A stretch of 64,000 bases of DNA from Octopus vulgaris (taxonomy: Eukaryota), in assembly GCA_951406725.2 (NCBI GenBank), contig OX597833.1:25854001-25918000 (forward strand). The letters are read 5' to 3'. A model generated the notes under the pieces. The model did not search any database. It saw only the letters and a program-made list of their open reading frames with translations, and was not told the origin of the DNA. The translations under genes were made by a program, and so were the position numbers. This document shows positions 51,436-63,300 of the stretch, piece by piece (the first letter of the stretch is position 1; the number at the start of each line of letters is the position of its first letter).

Positions 51436-51745
51436 ACAAAACACACCGGCAAAACACCAAACCGGTTTCTTAAGTCGTTGTTCTTTCAATTGTAAATAAA
51501 ATGTTGGGGAGAGATTGAATGTACAAAGGAAAATTTGCAAAACCAAGGTTAAAAGTTCAAATGTTCATAAAAATTAAAATATTCCATAAATTTTACGGAG
51601 AGGGACAAGGATAAAATTTCAAAATGTTCGATAATATATATTCAAATGTTCTCATTGAAATTTATTGAATATTGAAATATCTAAGCATGTTTTTCGAAAT
51701 GTTCCCCCTACCTTCAATCTCCCCTACCCGTTGAAAAAGCTTTCC

Positions 51746-51794
<49 letters not shown>

Positions 51795-51844
51795 CATTTT
51801 GTTCGCTTCTTCGCAAAGTTTATGACGTTGTAGATACAGGAAAT

Positions 51845-51991
51845 GATCTGTGATTGAGGGGTTTGTTTTGCAATCACGTAGTTTCCGGTTCAGTCCCACT
51901 GCGCGATACCGGGCAACTATCTTCAACTATAGCCATGGTCCAGCCAAACCCTTGTAAATGAACCTACGAAACGGAAACAGTATAGAACCCG

Positions 51992-52044
<53 letters not shown>

Positions 52045-52670
52045 AGTGTGTGTCTATGTGTGTGTGTATCTCTGTGGTAAAAAGCTTGCTTTCCAAACAC
52101 ATGATTCTGGGTTCAGTCACACTTTTTAGCACCTTCGGCAACTATCTTCTACTATAGTCTCGGGCCGACCTAAGCCTTGTGAGTGGATTTGGTAGATGGA
52201 AACTGAAAGAAGCCTGTCGTATATATACATATATATGTCTATGTGTCTATGATTTCCCCCATCACCACTGTGTTTGCCCCCCCCCCCCCCACTATCACCT
52301 GTGTTGGTGTGTCTACGAACCTGTAGCATAGCGGTTCGGTTCCAGACAGCAATAAGAATAAGAACTAGGTTTACAAAATATATAATGTGGTCGATTTGTT
52401 CGACTAAAACCCTTAAGGCGGTGCTCCAGCATGATCGCAGTCAAATGACTGAAGCAAATAAAAGAATAGATTAAAGAATTGTGTGTGCGTGTGTGTGTGT
52501 GTTCATCGTTGTGTTTGTCCCCTTAACAGCAGTTGCTGGTTTGTTTACCTCCCCGTAACTGAGTAGTTCTATAAAAGAGACCAATAGAAGTAACAGATTT
52601 AAAAATAGAAATTAGTCCTTGGGTCGCTCCAGCATGGACGCAAACTAATAACTGAAACAAGTAAAAAAAA
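51845..52670 (+). mobile_element. Cluster of SINE family B fragments
   Basis: GGTTCAGTC(C/A)CACT heads at ~51887 and ~52110; family B tails at ~52440 and ~52650. Confidence 0.7.
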
Positions 52671-53479
52671 ATTAAAAGACAGAGTGCAGATATATATGTA
52701 TACATTCTGTTTACGCTGATCATTAATATTTATTCCAATCTAGCTACATCACTATTAGAACTGCAGTATGTTTGCACGTTAACCGAAGCAGCTATTAATT
52801 TATAAGAATTCCATTCGAAGCCAACTATGGAGCATGCCGTTTCTTCTATTGAAAAGTGTTGTGAATCCCATCAATGACAGGAACATTGCTTCGTTTCGGT
52901 CCATATATATTGGCATTAAAACTTATCGATGTTTTTTATGAAAAATAAACTTCACTATTATGTGATGGCCTACAAACCATAGTGAGCACCGCTACTTCTT
53001 CAACTCAGTATACAACTTCTTTGAGCAATACACATACACAAACACACACACACACATACACACATACACACACACATGTAAAGATGCTCTCAAACAACCA
53101 AAGAGAAAACAGCATGAAATAATGTTTTTTTAAAAGTGCAGAAAAGTTTTTTTTATTAGTATGTCATTAAGAAACATCGAACAGAGTTACAATTTCCACT
53201 GATCATTTTTCTATTTGAGATGATTCAATTCAAGAATAATTCATAGAGTTTTGAAGAGACGAAAGTGTTGCTTCTTACCAGGTTTCTCTAAGTCCTGTAA
53301 TGCTGAATCGTACTGAATCGGAGCGTATCGGAAACAAACACTACTGCTTATTTTCTATGATTTCTCTACACCGAAACACTTTTTTTTTTTTTTACTTGTC
53401 TCTGACTCTTCATAGTAGCAGACTTCTAAAAAAAGGTTTCATACAATAATTCAAAAAGCAAACATCATCTAAACATACC

Positions 53480-53612
53480 TATGTGTGTGTGTGTGTGTGC
53501 GTGTGTGCGTGTATGTCTGTGTGTACCTGTACATGTATATATATGCACATACATATGCGCCTATATATATGTATGTCTACAAGTTTATGTATGTACGTAT
53601 ATATATATATAT

Positions 53613-53646
<34 letters not shown>

Positions 53647-53693
53647 ACATACATATATACATGCATATATACATACATATATGCATGCATATA

Positions 53694-53741
<48 letters not shown>

Positions 53742-53772
53742 CATACATACATACACACATACACACACACAC
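53480..53772. repeat. Compound (TG)/(TA)/(TACA) microsatellite just downstream of the GPCR paralog 3 stop codon
   Basis: Direct reading. Confidence 0.9.
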
Positions 53773-53808
53773 ATAATAGTAAGAGAAATTATTACTTGGA
53801 TTAATATA

Positions 53809-54822
53809 TCATGAAATTCTGTAGGAGGAGCTGGACGTAAGTGTAAGGCGACTACTAACAGTCTTTAGCGAGTCTTTGAACGATTGTTTATTTTTTACCT
53901 TTCGGCACATATTAGTGATTTCCCGACGAAAACTGCGGCCGCTGGCGATATAGACAAAGAAGTTTAAGACGTTATTTGTGTAGGAAAACATATGCACGAA
54001 AGTGTATATTGGAACGAGACCTTTGTGGAAATCACTAGTTTTATCAGTAAATGTTATTAACATTCCAGTTAAAGAAAATGGTACAGTAAACACGAAGAAC
54101 AAAATATTGATCGATAAAATTAATCCCATGTTCTTGTTGTTTTGATTGATGTGGTCGTCGTGAATCTGTGATTGTGATGTCAAAAACTTTCTTCTCTCCA
54201 AGAGATGCTTCACAATAAAATATACACATATGGTACACACTATCAGCGGAATAAAACAGTACATGCAATAGAATATTACATACTTTACACGTTCGTAGAT
54301 TTCTGGTTCAATTTCTTGACATATAGTTTTTGAAGTTTCATTGTTAGCGATGGTTTTTTCGATGAATTTGTAATAAAAAAGTACTGGCGAGTAAACTAGT
54401 CCTATAATAAATATGGCAATAAAAAGCACGCAGAAGTTCTTCACTTTCTTCCGATTTCGAGTGAAGCTGCTACCCAGAGGAGATGAAACCGCAATTGCCC
54501 GTTCTGTTGTTATTATTGCAATGATCCACGAAGAGAGAGATAAAAAGGTTTTATCGAAGAACGGCAACGCTTTACAGAGGAAAATTGAACTGTTTCTGAT
54601 GCGTATATTGTAGACGAATCGTAACCATTTGTCCACAAAACAAATAGACAGCACAAATACGTCGCTAACAGATAAAGCAGTAAGGAAAAAATTGATGGCA
54701 ATACGTCGCTGTGTTTTCTGTGATAGAATCAAGATGGAAAATATGTTCGATATAATTCCAATTGGAAGTACAGTGTAACCATAGTAGAGAAGGATCTGAG
54801 GTAAAATTTGGTAAAATGACAT
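53809..54822 (-). CDS. Class A GPCR, 337 aa (paralog 3)
   Basis: 7TM pattern; [57 protein letters not shown]; closest to paralog 2. Confidence 0.93.
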   Translation of the reverse strand: MSFYQILPQILLYYGYTVLPIGIISNIFSILILSQKTQRRIAINFFLTALSVSDVFVLSICFVDKWLRFVYNIRIRNSSIFLCKALPFFDKTFLSLSSWIIAIITTERAIAVSSPLGSSFTRNRKKVKNFCVLFIAIFIIGLVYSPVLFYYKFIEKTIANNETSKTICQEIEPEIYERVKYVIFYCMYCFIPLIVCTICVYFIVKHLLERRKFLTSQSQIHDDHINQNNKNMGLILSINILFFVFTVPFSLTGMLITFTDKTSDFHKGLVPIYTFVHMFSYTNNVLNFFVYIASGRSFRREITNMCRKVKNKQSFKDSLKTVSSRLTLTSSSSYRIS

Positions 54823-55400
54823 CTTGAGACTAAAAAATAATTACATTGGATTCAAGTGAAATTAATTCACAGTCAGGTGTCTGACAGTCTTTCCATACAA
54901 GTGATTGCTGCATAATTTCTTGTCTTAACATCGACGTGTACTCTCTCTCTGTCACTCTCTCCCCCGTTTTCACTCTTAGTCTCTCCTATGCTCTGTGGAC
55001 ACGTCAGTTTTCTCTTCCTCTTACTCTATGTACTTCTGTGCCTCTTTTTCTGTCACCCTCTCATGTTTTTATTATATTTCCTCCTCTCTGTTTATTTTTC
55101 TCTCGAACTGTCACATCCCACACTTGTGTAAAAAACGAATGGATTAATTGTAGCGTTAGCGTGGTGGAATAAATCAATTGAAACCGAGGCAGTTCTGAGT
55201 TAAAATATGTTTGATTTCTACTCTATTTCCCGTTGTATTTTGACGAAATAAATATCAGTAATATAAATTACCGTATATCACACGCGAGTTAAAAATTGCA
55301 TTCGAGAAGTTAAAATTAATAGATCTCTATATACTTGTGGAGAAAACGGCCCTGCGGGAATTTTATTACTCCGTCTTCGGATATTGATAACCTTTGTATA

Positions 55401-55591
55401 TACAAGTGGGTGCTGAAAACTTTCTGGCTTTGGTTAAAAGAAAATACAGGAGGTTCACTTAATTATGATTTTATTCCACATATTCCCCTCTCAGATTCAG
55501 ACTTATTGCAGCGGTCTTATCGCTTTCTAAGCCTCTAGCCAGACCTTTCGCGATACTCTTAAAGCCAGTAACTTTTCAGCACCCTGTCATA
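55401..55591. mobile_element. Mariner-type MITE
   Basis: TIRs GGGTGCTGAAAACTTTCTGGCTTT and AAAGCCAGTAACTTTTCAGCACCC with TA-like flanks. Confidence 0.7.
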
Positions 55592-55691
55592 TGTGTGAGT
55601 GTGTGTGCGTGTGTGTGTGTGTGTTAAATTAAATGAGACAACGATGCCAAGGCAGTATGAATTTTCTAGGACATTTATAAAGAAAAAGGTA

Positions 55692-55739
55692 GTCTTACAA
55701 CTGTTTCAGGTACATGAGGGATATCCCTTCATCAGAGAC
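55692..55739 (-). ncRNA. Minimal type I hammerhead ribozyme, intact core
   Basis: gtct-CTGATGA-agg-gatatccctcatgta-cct-GAAAC-agtt-GTA-agac; stem I gtct/agac, stem II agg/cct, GUA cleavage triplet. Confidence 0.75.
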
Positions 55740-56124
55740 GATATGAGAGAGTTAAATAGAGGAAAATAGCAGAGTTCAATATCAGAAGTTATTTTGGAAC
55801 TAGAGAGATATAGGAAGTATAAATGAAAATATACATATATCGGAATTGAAAAACAGAGGCCCAAATATCTTTCCCTAGAAGCCATTTTAAATTTATATAT
55901 ATATATATATATATATTTGAATAATTGAATGAATTATCTTATTAAGGATAATTCGAAAGATAACCGATACCTGGGTAGCAAATTCACATAAGAAAGAACA
56001 CGGTTGAAGCTACGTCCCTAGGGCATAGACTACGTTTCTTCGTGCGGAAATTTGTATGTTTATTTTAAAATTATAAGTATATGAAAGAATGAAGTTGAAC
56101 GACTAGTTAACAGATATCCTTTAT

Positions 56125-56205
56125 TCTCGACATATGTTTCGAAGGCTGCATATTCCTAATTCCGAAGGAATAAGGAGTACATTATGCAGATTTCTCTTCA
56201 GGAAA
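56125..56205 (-). ncRNA. Type I hammerhead ribozyme (left arm)
   Basis: Exact reverse complement of 57361-57441. Confidence 0.8.
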
Positions 56206-57360
56206 ATCAAGGAACTTATGTCGACATCAAAATGCACAAAAAACTTTTAGCTGACCGCTCTCAAGGAGCCCATGGCGATAATGAGTGTCTCTTTATAATG
56301 AGTGACGTCAGAGTGGCTGAATGTAGAAGCATCTAGAAGTTTCTAAAGGTTCAAGAGTTCAAACGAAGTAGGAGGCATGAGAATAGTAAGGTGAGAGGGT
56401 TCAGGTCAAAAGAATGGTGGGTTTAAATGATTTCTTTTGTGAATGAGTGCCTGTGTGTGTGACTGTATATAACTGTCTTAATGTGTGTATGTGTGTGTCT
56501 GAATGCGTGATTGTGTTTGTGGATGGGTAGATGTCAGAAAACTGACAGCTGTGAGTTGAAAGGTCTGTATCTGTGTGTTCGATTATGTTTGCTGTAGGGA
56601 AAGGAAAGTAGATAGCGAAAGGGAGAAAGAATCGGGCGAGGTGAGAGGCAACGCAGAAATGGATAGTAGTAATTGGGAATATAAGAAAATCTTTTTTGAC
56701 TAATGGTGTGAAATATAGCAAAAATTTGTTTTGGAAATCGAGGGGTTATCTATATTAGTCACTATTTACATGAATGAAAGGTGTGTCTTTTCCAGTGTAA
56801 GCACCTGTAGGATCTTTCGACGATCGTGTTTATTAAAGGGCCTTTGGCGAAAAAATAGTCAATAAAGATTTTCTTATATTCCCAATTACTACTATCCATT
56901 CCTGCATTGCCTCTCACCTCGCCCGATTCTTTCTCCCTTTCGCTATCTACTTTCCTTTCCCTACAGTAAACATAATCGAACACACAGATACAGACCTTTC
57001 AACTCACAGCTGTCAGTTTTCTGACATCTACCCATCCACAAACACAATCACGCATTCAGACACACACATACACACATTAAGACAGTTATAATACAGTCAC
57101 ACACACAGGCACTCATTCACAAAAGAAATCATTTAAACCCACCATTCTTTTGACCTGCACCCTCTCACCTTACTATTCTCATGCCTCCCTCCTCCTACTT
57201 CGTTTGAACTCTTGAACCTTTAGAAACTACTAGATTCTTCTACATTCAGCCACTCTGACGTCACTCATTATAAAGAGACACTCATTATCGCCATGGGCTC
57301 CTTGAGAGCGGTCAGCTAAAAGTTTTTTGTGCATTTTGATGTCGACATAAGTTCCTTGAT

Positions 57361-57441
57361 TTTCCTGAAGAGAAATCTGCATAATGTACTCCTTATTCCT
57401 TCGGAATTAGGAATATGCAGCCTTCGAAACATATGTCGAGA
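57361..57441 (+). ncRNA. Type I hammerhead ribozyme (right arm)
   Basis: tttc-CTGAAGA-gaa..ctgcata..tattcct/aggaata tgcag..ttc-GAAAC-atat-GTC-gaga, then AATAAA; extended stem II, palindromic ACATATGT stem III, GUC triplet. Confidence 0.8.
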
Positions 57442-57495
57442 ATAAAGGATATTTGCTAACTAGTCGTTCAACTCCATTCTTTCATATACTTATAA

Positions 57496-57545
<50 letters not shown>

Positions 57546-58344
57546 TTTCTGCTCTCTCATCCGTTCATTTGTTGATGTGGATGTTATTCACATTCATGAA
57601 ATGGTAAGAATTGTGCAGCAGGGTTAAACTGCTATTATTTACATGCAAACGCATGTATACGAGCATACACACATATGTATGTATGCACGTACGTACGTAT
57701 GTATGTATGTATGTATGTATGTATGTATGTATGTATGTATGTAGGTATGTATGTATGTATAATTCAGACAAATTTAAAATATGCATCAGAAAGTTGTTCT
57801 AAAAAAACAAAACCCAGCTGTTGTATTTTGAGCAATTTTGTTTCTATTTGAATGAAAATAGTTGACTTTTTTGGACACTTAATACATACTAGAATAAATT
57901 ATGAAATCGTTCGCGGATGATCGAAAAATCTCGCTTGCAGTTTCTTAGATTCAACGAATACAGTCTCTATCCAAAGTTTCTCCTTGTTGATAGTGCTTTG
58001 TTTTGTTCCTAAAGTTATTTCTAATCAAAATATCTATAGTTTGACTTATTTAAGGAGAATGATGGAAGGGTTAGTCTCAAATTGTTATTCAAATAATTGT
58101 ACTATAACCTTACTAAAAGCAGTTCTTCTAGAAATGAACGTATGGTGTACTGAAAACACCTGCAATTCATTACGATTCTCTCAAATTATTTATCGTATTT
58201 ATATCTTTATTTCTTTATTCATTATCGATCACTCTGTGAATTGCATTTACTATATATTAAAAATGCAAATTATTTAATTAATTTCATTATTTCCTCTGAA
58301 ATAATAGTTTGGGTTATTGATATTAAAGACAAAAACGCACTATG

Positions 58345-59100
58345 CATTGTTTATATTATTTACATTATCTACGTTGTCCTCAACGTTTCGGAAGGGGAAA
58401 TTTTAAACCTGGGTTCTCATTCCTAAGGTATATTTTTCGATGTTATTATTATTATTATTAATATTATTAGTGTTGGAATAGAACTCGGAATCTTGGGGTT
58501 AGTAGCCCGCGATCTTAACCACTATGCCATATGCCTGTGGGCAACTATGGAGTGAATTTTAGGGCTTATAAATCTAATATTTTTCTATTCTTCCTTAATA
58601 CCTATTTCTTTACTACCCACAAGGGATTAAACACAGAGAGGACAAACAAGGACAGACAAACGGATTAAGTCGATTACATCGACCCCAGTGCGTAACTGGT
58701 ACTTATTTAATCGACCCTGAAAGGATGAAAGCCAAAGTCGACCTCGGCGGAATTTGAACTCAGAACGTAATGGCAGACGAAATACGGCTACACATTTCGC
58801 CTGGTGTGCTAACGTTTCTGCCAGCTCGCTGCCTTAATTCATCCTTAATACCGGTTCCCATATGCTGCTCATATCTGCACTTTGTCTGCTTAGGAGGTTG
58901 TTGTATGCTTGCATATGTGCTGCTTCGTTTAGTTTTCCTATTTTTGTATTTTCCAAGACACCTGAAGAAGGCTGGAGGGTATATCAGCCAAAACGTTGTG
59001 TTAACAACAAACAAGATGAGGACAAATATCCATTGAATGTAGATAATGTAAATAATGTAAATAATGCACATAATTCCTCATCTCTTAAATATAGAACTGA
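58345..59100 (-). mobile_element. Third PLE copy (tRNA-like module plus inverted terminal repeat) with nested SINE
   Basis: Homologous to 11460-11787 and 12566-12640; the inverted repeat at 58953-59100 carries an HHR with a G12-to-A change (58957-59002); the minus-strand HHR is partly deleted (~58380). Confidence 0.82.
58603..58836 (-). mobile_element. SINE family A, full length, 16-bp TSD
   Basis: Flanked by ATTC(T/A)TCCTTAATACC at 58587-58602 and 58837-58852. Confidence 0.9.
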
Positions 59101-59620
59101 AAAATGCACTATGTTCATAAATTAGATATTCATCTATTTAATCGGTTTTACTTAATGAATCTGATAGTTCACCAAGTATATGATATTGTAATACAGAAAA
59201 TACTCTTAGCATAACACTTCTGTTTCAAAATAGAGTAAAAGCTATACTTAACTGTAGTAAATGTGGCATTGGTGATACAAAAAATCTTTGCAACTGTATA
59301 ACCGTTTCCAGTTCGGCAGAGAGAAAAGTAACGGTAACAGCTGATGGTAATACGATGTGATGTTGTATAAGTTCCTGCGTCCCAAACTTTAAAAATAAAT
59401 TTATAATTATCTCTCCGCATTCAAATTTAGGAAATAATAATAAACTACATCCTTAAGTAAATATATCTGAAGTTTAAAAGACAGAAATACTAAATATGAC
59501 CTTCAATGTTCAATTAAAAGCAGTGCTTTACCGTATACAAATGATAATCATAAATGCACCCTGTATCTTGAAGAAATAATTGATTAAACCGAGGAATGCG
59601 GAAATGAAGTAGCGATAAAA

Positions 59621-60027
59621 TACTCTTTTGCTCTTTTACTCTTTTACTTGTATCAGTCATTTGACTGCGGCCATGCTGGGGCACCGCCTTTAGTCGAGCA
59701 AATCGACCCCATGACTTATTCTTTGGAAGCCTAGTACTTATTCTATCGGTTCGGTCTCTTTTGCCGAACCGTTATGGTTACGAGGACGTAAATACACCAG
59801 CGTCAGTTGTCAAGCGATGTAGGTGGGGGGACAAACACATATACACAAACATACACACATACATATATATATATATATACATATATACGACGAGCGTCTT
59901 TCAGTTTCCGTCTACAAAATCCACTCACACGGTCCGAGGCTATAGTAGAAGACACTTGCCCAAGTTACAACGCAATGGGACTGAACCCGGAACCATGTGG
60001 TTAGGAAGCAAGCTACTTACCACACAG
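59621..60027 (-). mobile_element. SINE family B (CORE-like)
   Basis: GTAGAAGACACTTGCCCAAG..GGACTGAACCCGGAACCATGTGG..CTACTTACCACACAG. Confidence 0.85.
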
Positions 60028-60319
60028 AAGTTCACGTTTTATAAAAGAATACTTTCAAATATTTACCTAATAAGTAATCTTAAGATTAGTAATGTTTGAT
60101 GCCACTTCAATATGGCTGTTCCATACGGAACGACGCTACTACTCCTCCTTAACCCCAGAAGAACACCTCCTCCAGCTGGTTAACGACACAACCGATGTGC
60201 GACACATTGCGAGCAGGGTAGGGAACTCCTACCATCTAGCGATCTGACTGGACCAGCAGACCAGCCTGGTTTCGGGGTATTTGAACTTCGTCACTACTAG
60301 ACACCTGTCTGCTAGAGAT

Positions 60320-63300
60320 AAAATCTTTATTATGACCGAACTGATCGCACATAGACAAACAAATACAAGACAAACAAATACAAAAAAAATGTTAAATGAG
60401 TTCGAACGAGCATTGTGTTAAAATTTACTTCAATCTTTTTTTTATGTAACGATTAATTTTTACCTTAAACTAGAATTTTTTTTATAAACGAAAACAAAGA
60501 AAGAAAACGAATAAAAGTTCAAAAAGATCGAACCCGGCAGCCTTTAAGGCCCAGCAACTATCTTTTCCTTTCATCAATGATTAAGCTGGGTTACTGACAT
60601 CCACCTTTCTCATCACATCCTTCTATCGTTTCTCGTATTCACTCGATGGCAGGGTCCTTCTCTCCAACCCCATCTTGCTCTTTAGATGGTATCTGAAGAC
60701 AGCAAACCGGGGCCAGAGTTGAAGGCCTGTCACAGAACCTTCCATTCTAGTCCTCCAGACACACTCTTTCAGTACTGCAACCGTACAGTAAAAGCAAGCC
60801 TTACCTTCCTTTGAGAGTCCAGTTGGCGGTATCATCTTTATTATAGATCCAGCCGACAGCTGTACTCATCCCAGATGCGACAGCGCGTGTTCAACGTAAC
60901 TTATCAAGCTAGATAGCTCCCGACATTGTACAAAAGCGTGCTGGACAGTTTCATTGTCCAGCCCACATCTTGGACACGTCAGTGGCACTGACATTCCGTG
61001 CCTGGATAACTTACCGCGAACAGGTAAAGCGTTGCTGTAGCACTGCCAAGTCATGGATTTTTGGAAGTTGTCCAAATACTCCGGCCTGAAAGTTTTTTGG
61101 AACAGGTTGGCGAGTTGGCTCTCATCGAACCCCAGAGCCCCTCCTGACACGTCATCGTTTTTGCTTCAAACAGCCCTCTATGGAACACCGAGGTGGTATT
61201 CCCGCTGCTAGCTTTCCCCGCCTTGTGGTTCAGCTAGAGTGCCTGACGGCACACCTTCTGCCATCAAGTCGGGTTACGTCTTTTAATGAAACCGGGTTTA
61301 AATCTCCCCGAAGAAGCCGGTGGTGGCAAAAACTCCTCCGCCAGCGGACTCCACACCTTATCACCCTCCAGGTGGCACCAGAGATGTTTCAGCCTCAACG
61401 CATGTCTGCGCATTCTCAGTCCAGGACATTCTCAGTCCACCCTTTAACGGTTCCTGGCAGCAAACGGAGCGCCTTACAAGTGGCTTTCCTCCCTTCCACA
61501 AAAAGCGGAACAGGAGTCGTTCCAACTTGTTTAGCCACAAATCGGGGCAATGCACTACGGACAGGCGGTAGGTGATTACAGATGCTATAAACACCTGCAC
61601 CACCCTCACCCTGCCCTTCAAGGACAGAGGCCTTCCGGACCACTTCCGTACTATGGCCTCCACCTTCTCCACTACCTCGCTCCAATTCTTCTCCGTCTGG
61701 GAGTCCGGGCCAAACCATACTCCAAGCAACCTAAAAGGACCATCTGTCCAGTGTTCAACGATATTGGCTTGTTCCTCCAGGTGCCGTGGCGCAAACCGAT
61801 GGACTTGTCCTTGTTAACTTTTGCCCTGCCACCGCTTCGTATCATCGAAGAGCATCTTCTACACGAGGTAGCTGTGCTTCGTTGGACACGATGAGGGTGA
61901 CGTCATCCGCATAAGCAGAAACAGACCTACCGCATCCGATTTCATTTGGGTTGCCTCCCAACTTCTCCAACTTCCGCAGTAATGGCTCAAGAGCCTAAAT
62001 GTACAGAAGCGGAGACAAGGGACGCTCTTGACGAACAGAACGCTTGAACGAAAACAGCTCCGTTAGATAGCCGTTTATCTAGACTGTGGACTTGACGCCG
62101 CTGTGCATAGCGGAGATCCACCCGCGAAAGCCAGGGCCGCGCCCAGCCACTTCGAGGATCGCCCCCAGGTACCGATGGTCTACATTATCGAACGCTTTAC
62201 TCTGGTCTAAATGGACCAATGCCCCTCCTTTGCCGGCTAATTTCCCAACCATATTTAAGGTGTAGCCGAGAAGGTGAAGATTATCCTGGATCGATCTGCC
62301 TGGGATTGCACATATCTGAGCCTTCCCGACAAGTTTCTCCACGACAGCCGTCAAACTTTTTGCTAACACCTTGGCCAAAATATTTAACTCTACATTAAGT
62401 AGAGTTATGGGCCTATAATTACAGATACGATCCTCCATTGCTCGAGTCTTTCTGGACCAGCGTCACAACTCCCCGGCTCGTAGGGATGGGAATCCTCCCA
62501 TTCTGTTGCCAGTTTGCATAGACACCTGTCAGTATCTCCCCGAACAAGTCCGGCATACAACGATAAAAATCATAGGGCAGACCATCTAGCCCCGGTGCAC
62601 TCGGCCAGCATCTCTCTTACCTCCGCGGGAGTGATCGGTCCTTCACAGTATTCAGCCTCACGTGCCGAGAGTAGCGGCCGACCAGCTAGAAAGTCCTTTA
62701 AGGACTCCTCCCGCTCAAGCGGACCACTCTTCTCGAACAACCGAGCGAAATGCTGCTAAAAGACTTTCTGCATCTCCTTCTGTTCATAGATCTTGCGTCT
62801 CTGTCCGTTAAAGATTTTATAGAGGACTCTCTGACTCTCCGCCAGACGTGCCCATGCGGCAACATTAATACCTTCTCGTTTCCCTGCACATAGCTTAGCT
62901 CTGACTCTGCAAACTTCATGCTTGGCGTTGAGGTGACGGTACACGGCTGTTCTCGCTGCCAACACTCTAGATGCAGAACCAGATTCCATTGCCTCGTCTA
63001 AGTTCTTAACTAAATCGCCTTCTATTCTAGTCCTATCTAAACTTGGCTGTTTACTAAATCTAATGGACTCCAAACGGATGGCTCTTTTGAGGGCGTGCCA
63101 CCATCTATTGTTAATGATGGTGCCACATAATGCCCTCTGAACTAACACCTTAATCCGGGTACGGAAAGCTTCACAAGTCAAAATAGACTTGTTCATTTTC
63201 CAATATCCGGGTCCCTGTCTATGACATTTATCTATATGTACCTCACACGTGACTAGTTTGTGATCTGCGTATGGCACAATACAGAATTGTGGATAACTAA

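Larger units (their letters stand above)
56065..57501. repeat. ~1.44-kb palindrome: arms 56065-56702 and 56856-57501, 153-bp spacer
   Basis: The arms are reverse complements, with about 10 substitutions and 2 indels counted by eye. Confidence 0.97.

Noticed and set aside
56401-56983. ORFs inside the palindrome
   Set aside because: No recognisable domain, and partly derived from low-complexity CA-rich sequence.
56065-57501. ADAR-editing signature fixed in the differences between the arms
   Set aside because: Only about 10 substitutions, with A/G changes in both directions plus transversions; too few to distinguish from ordinary transition bias.
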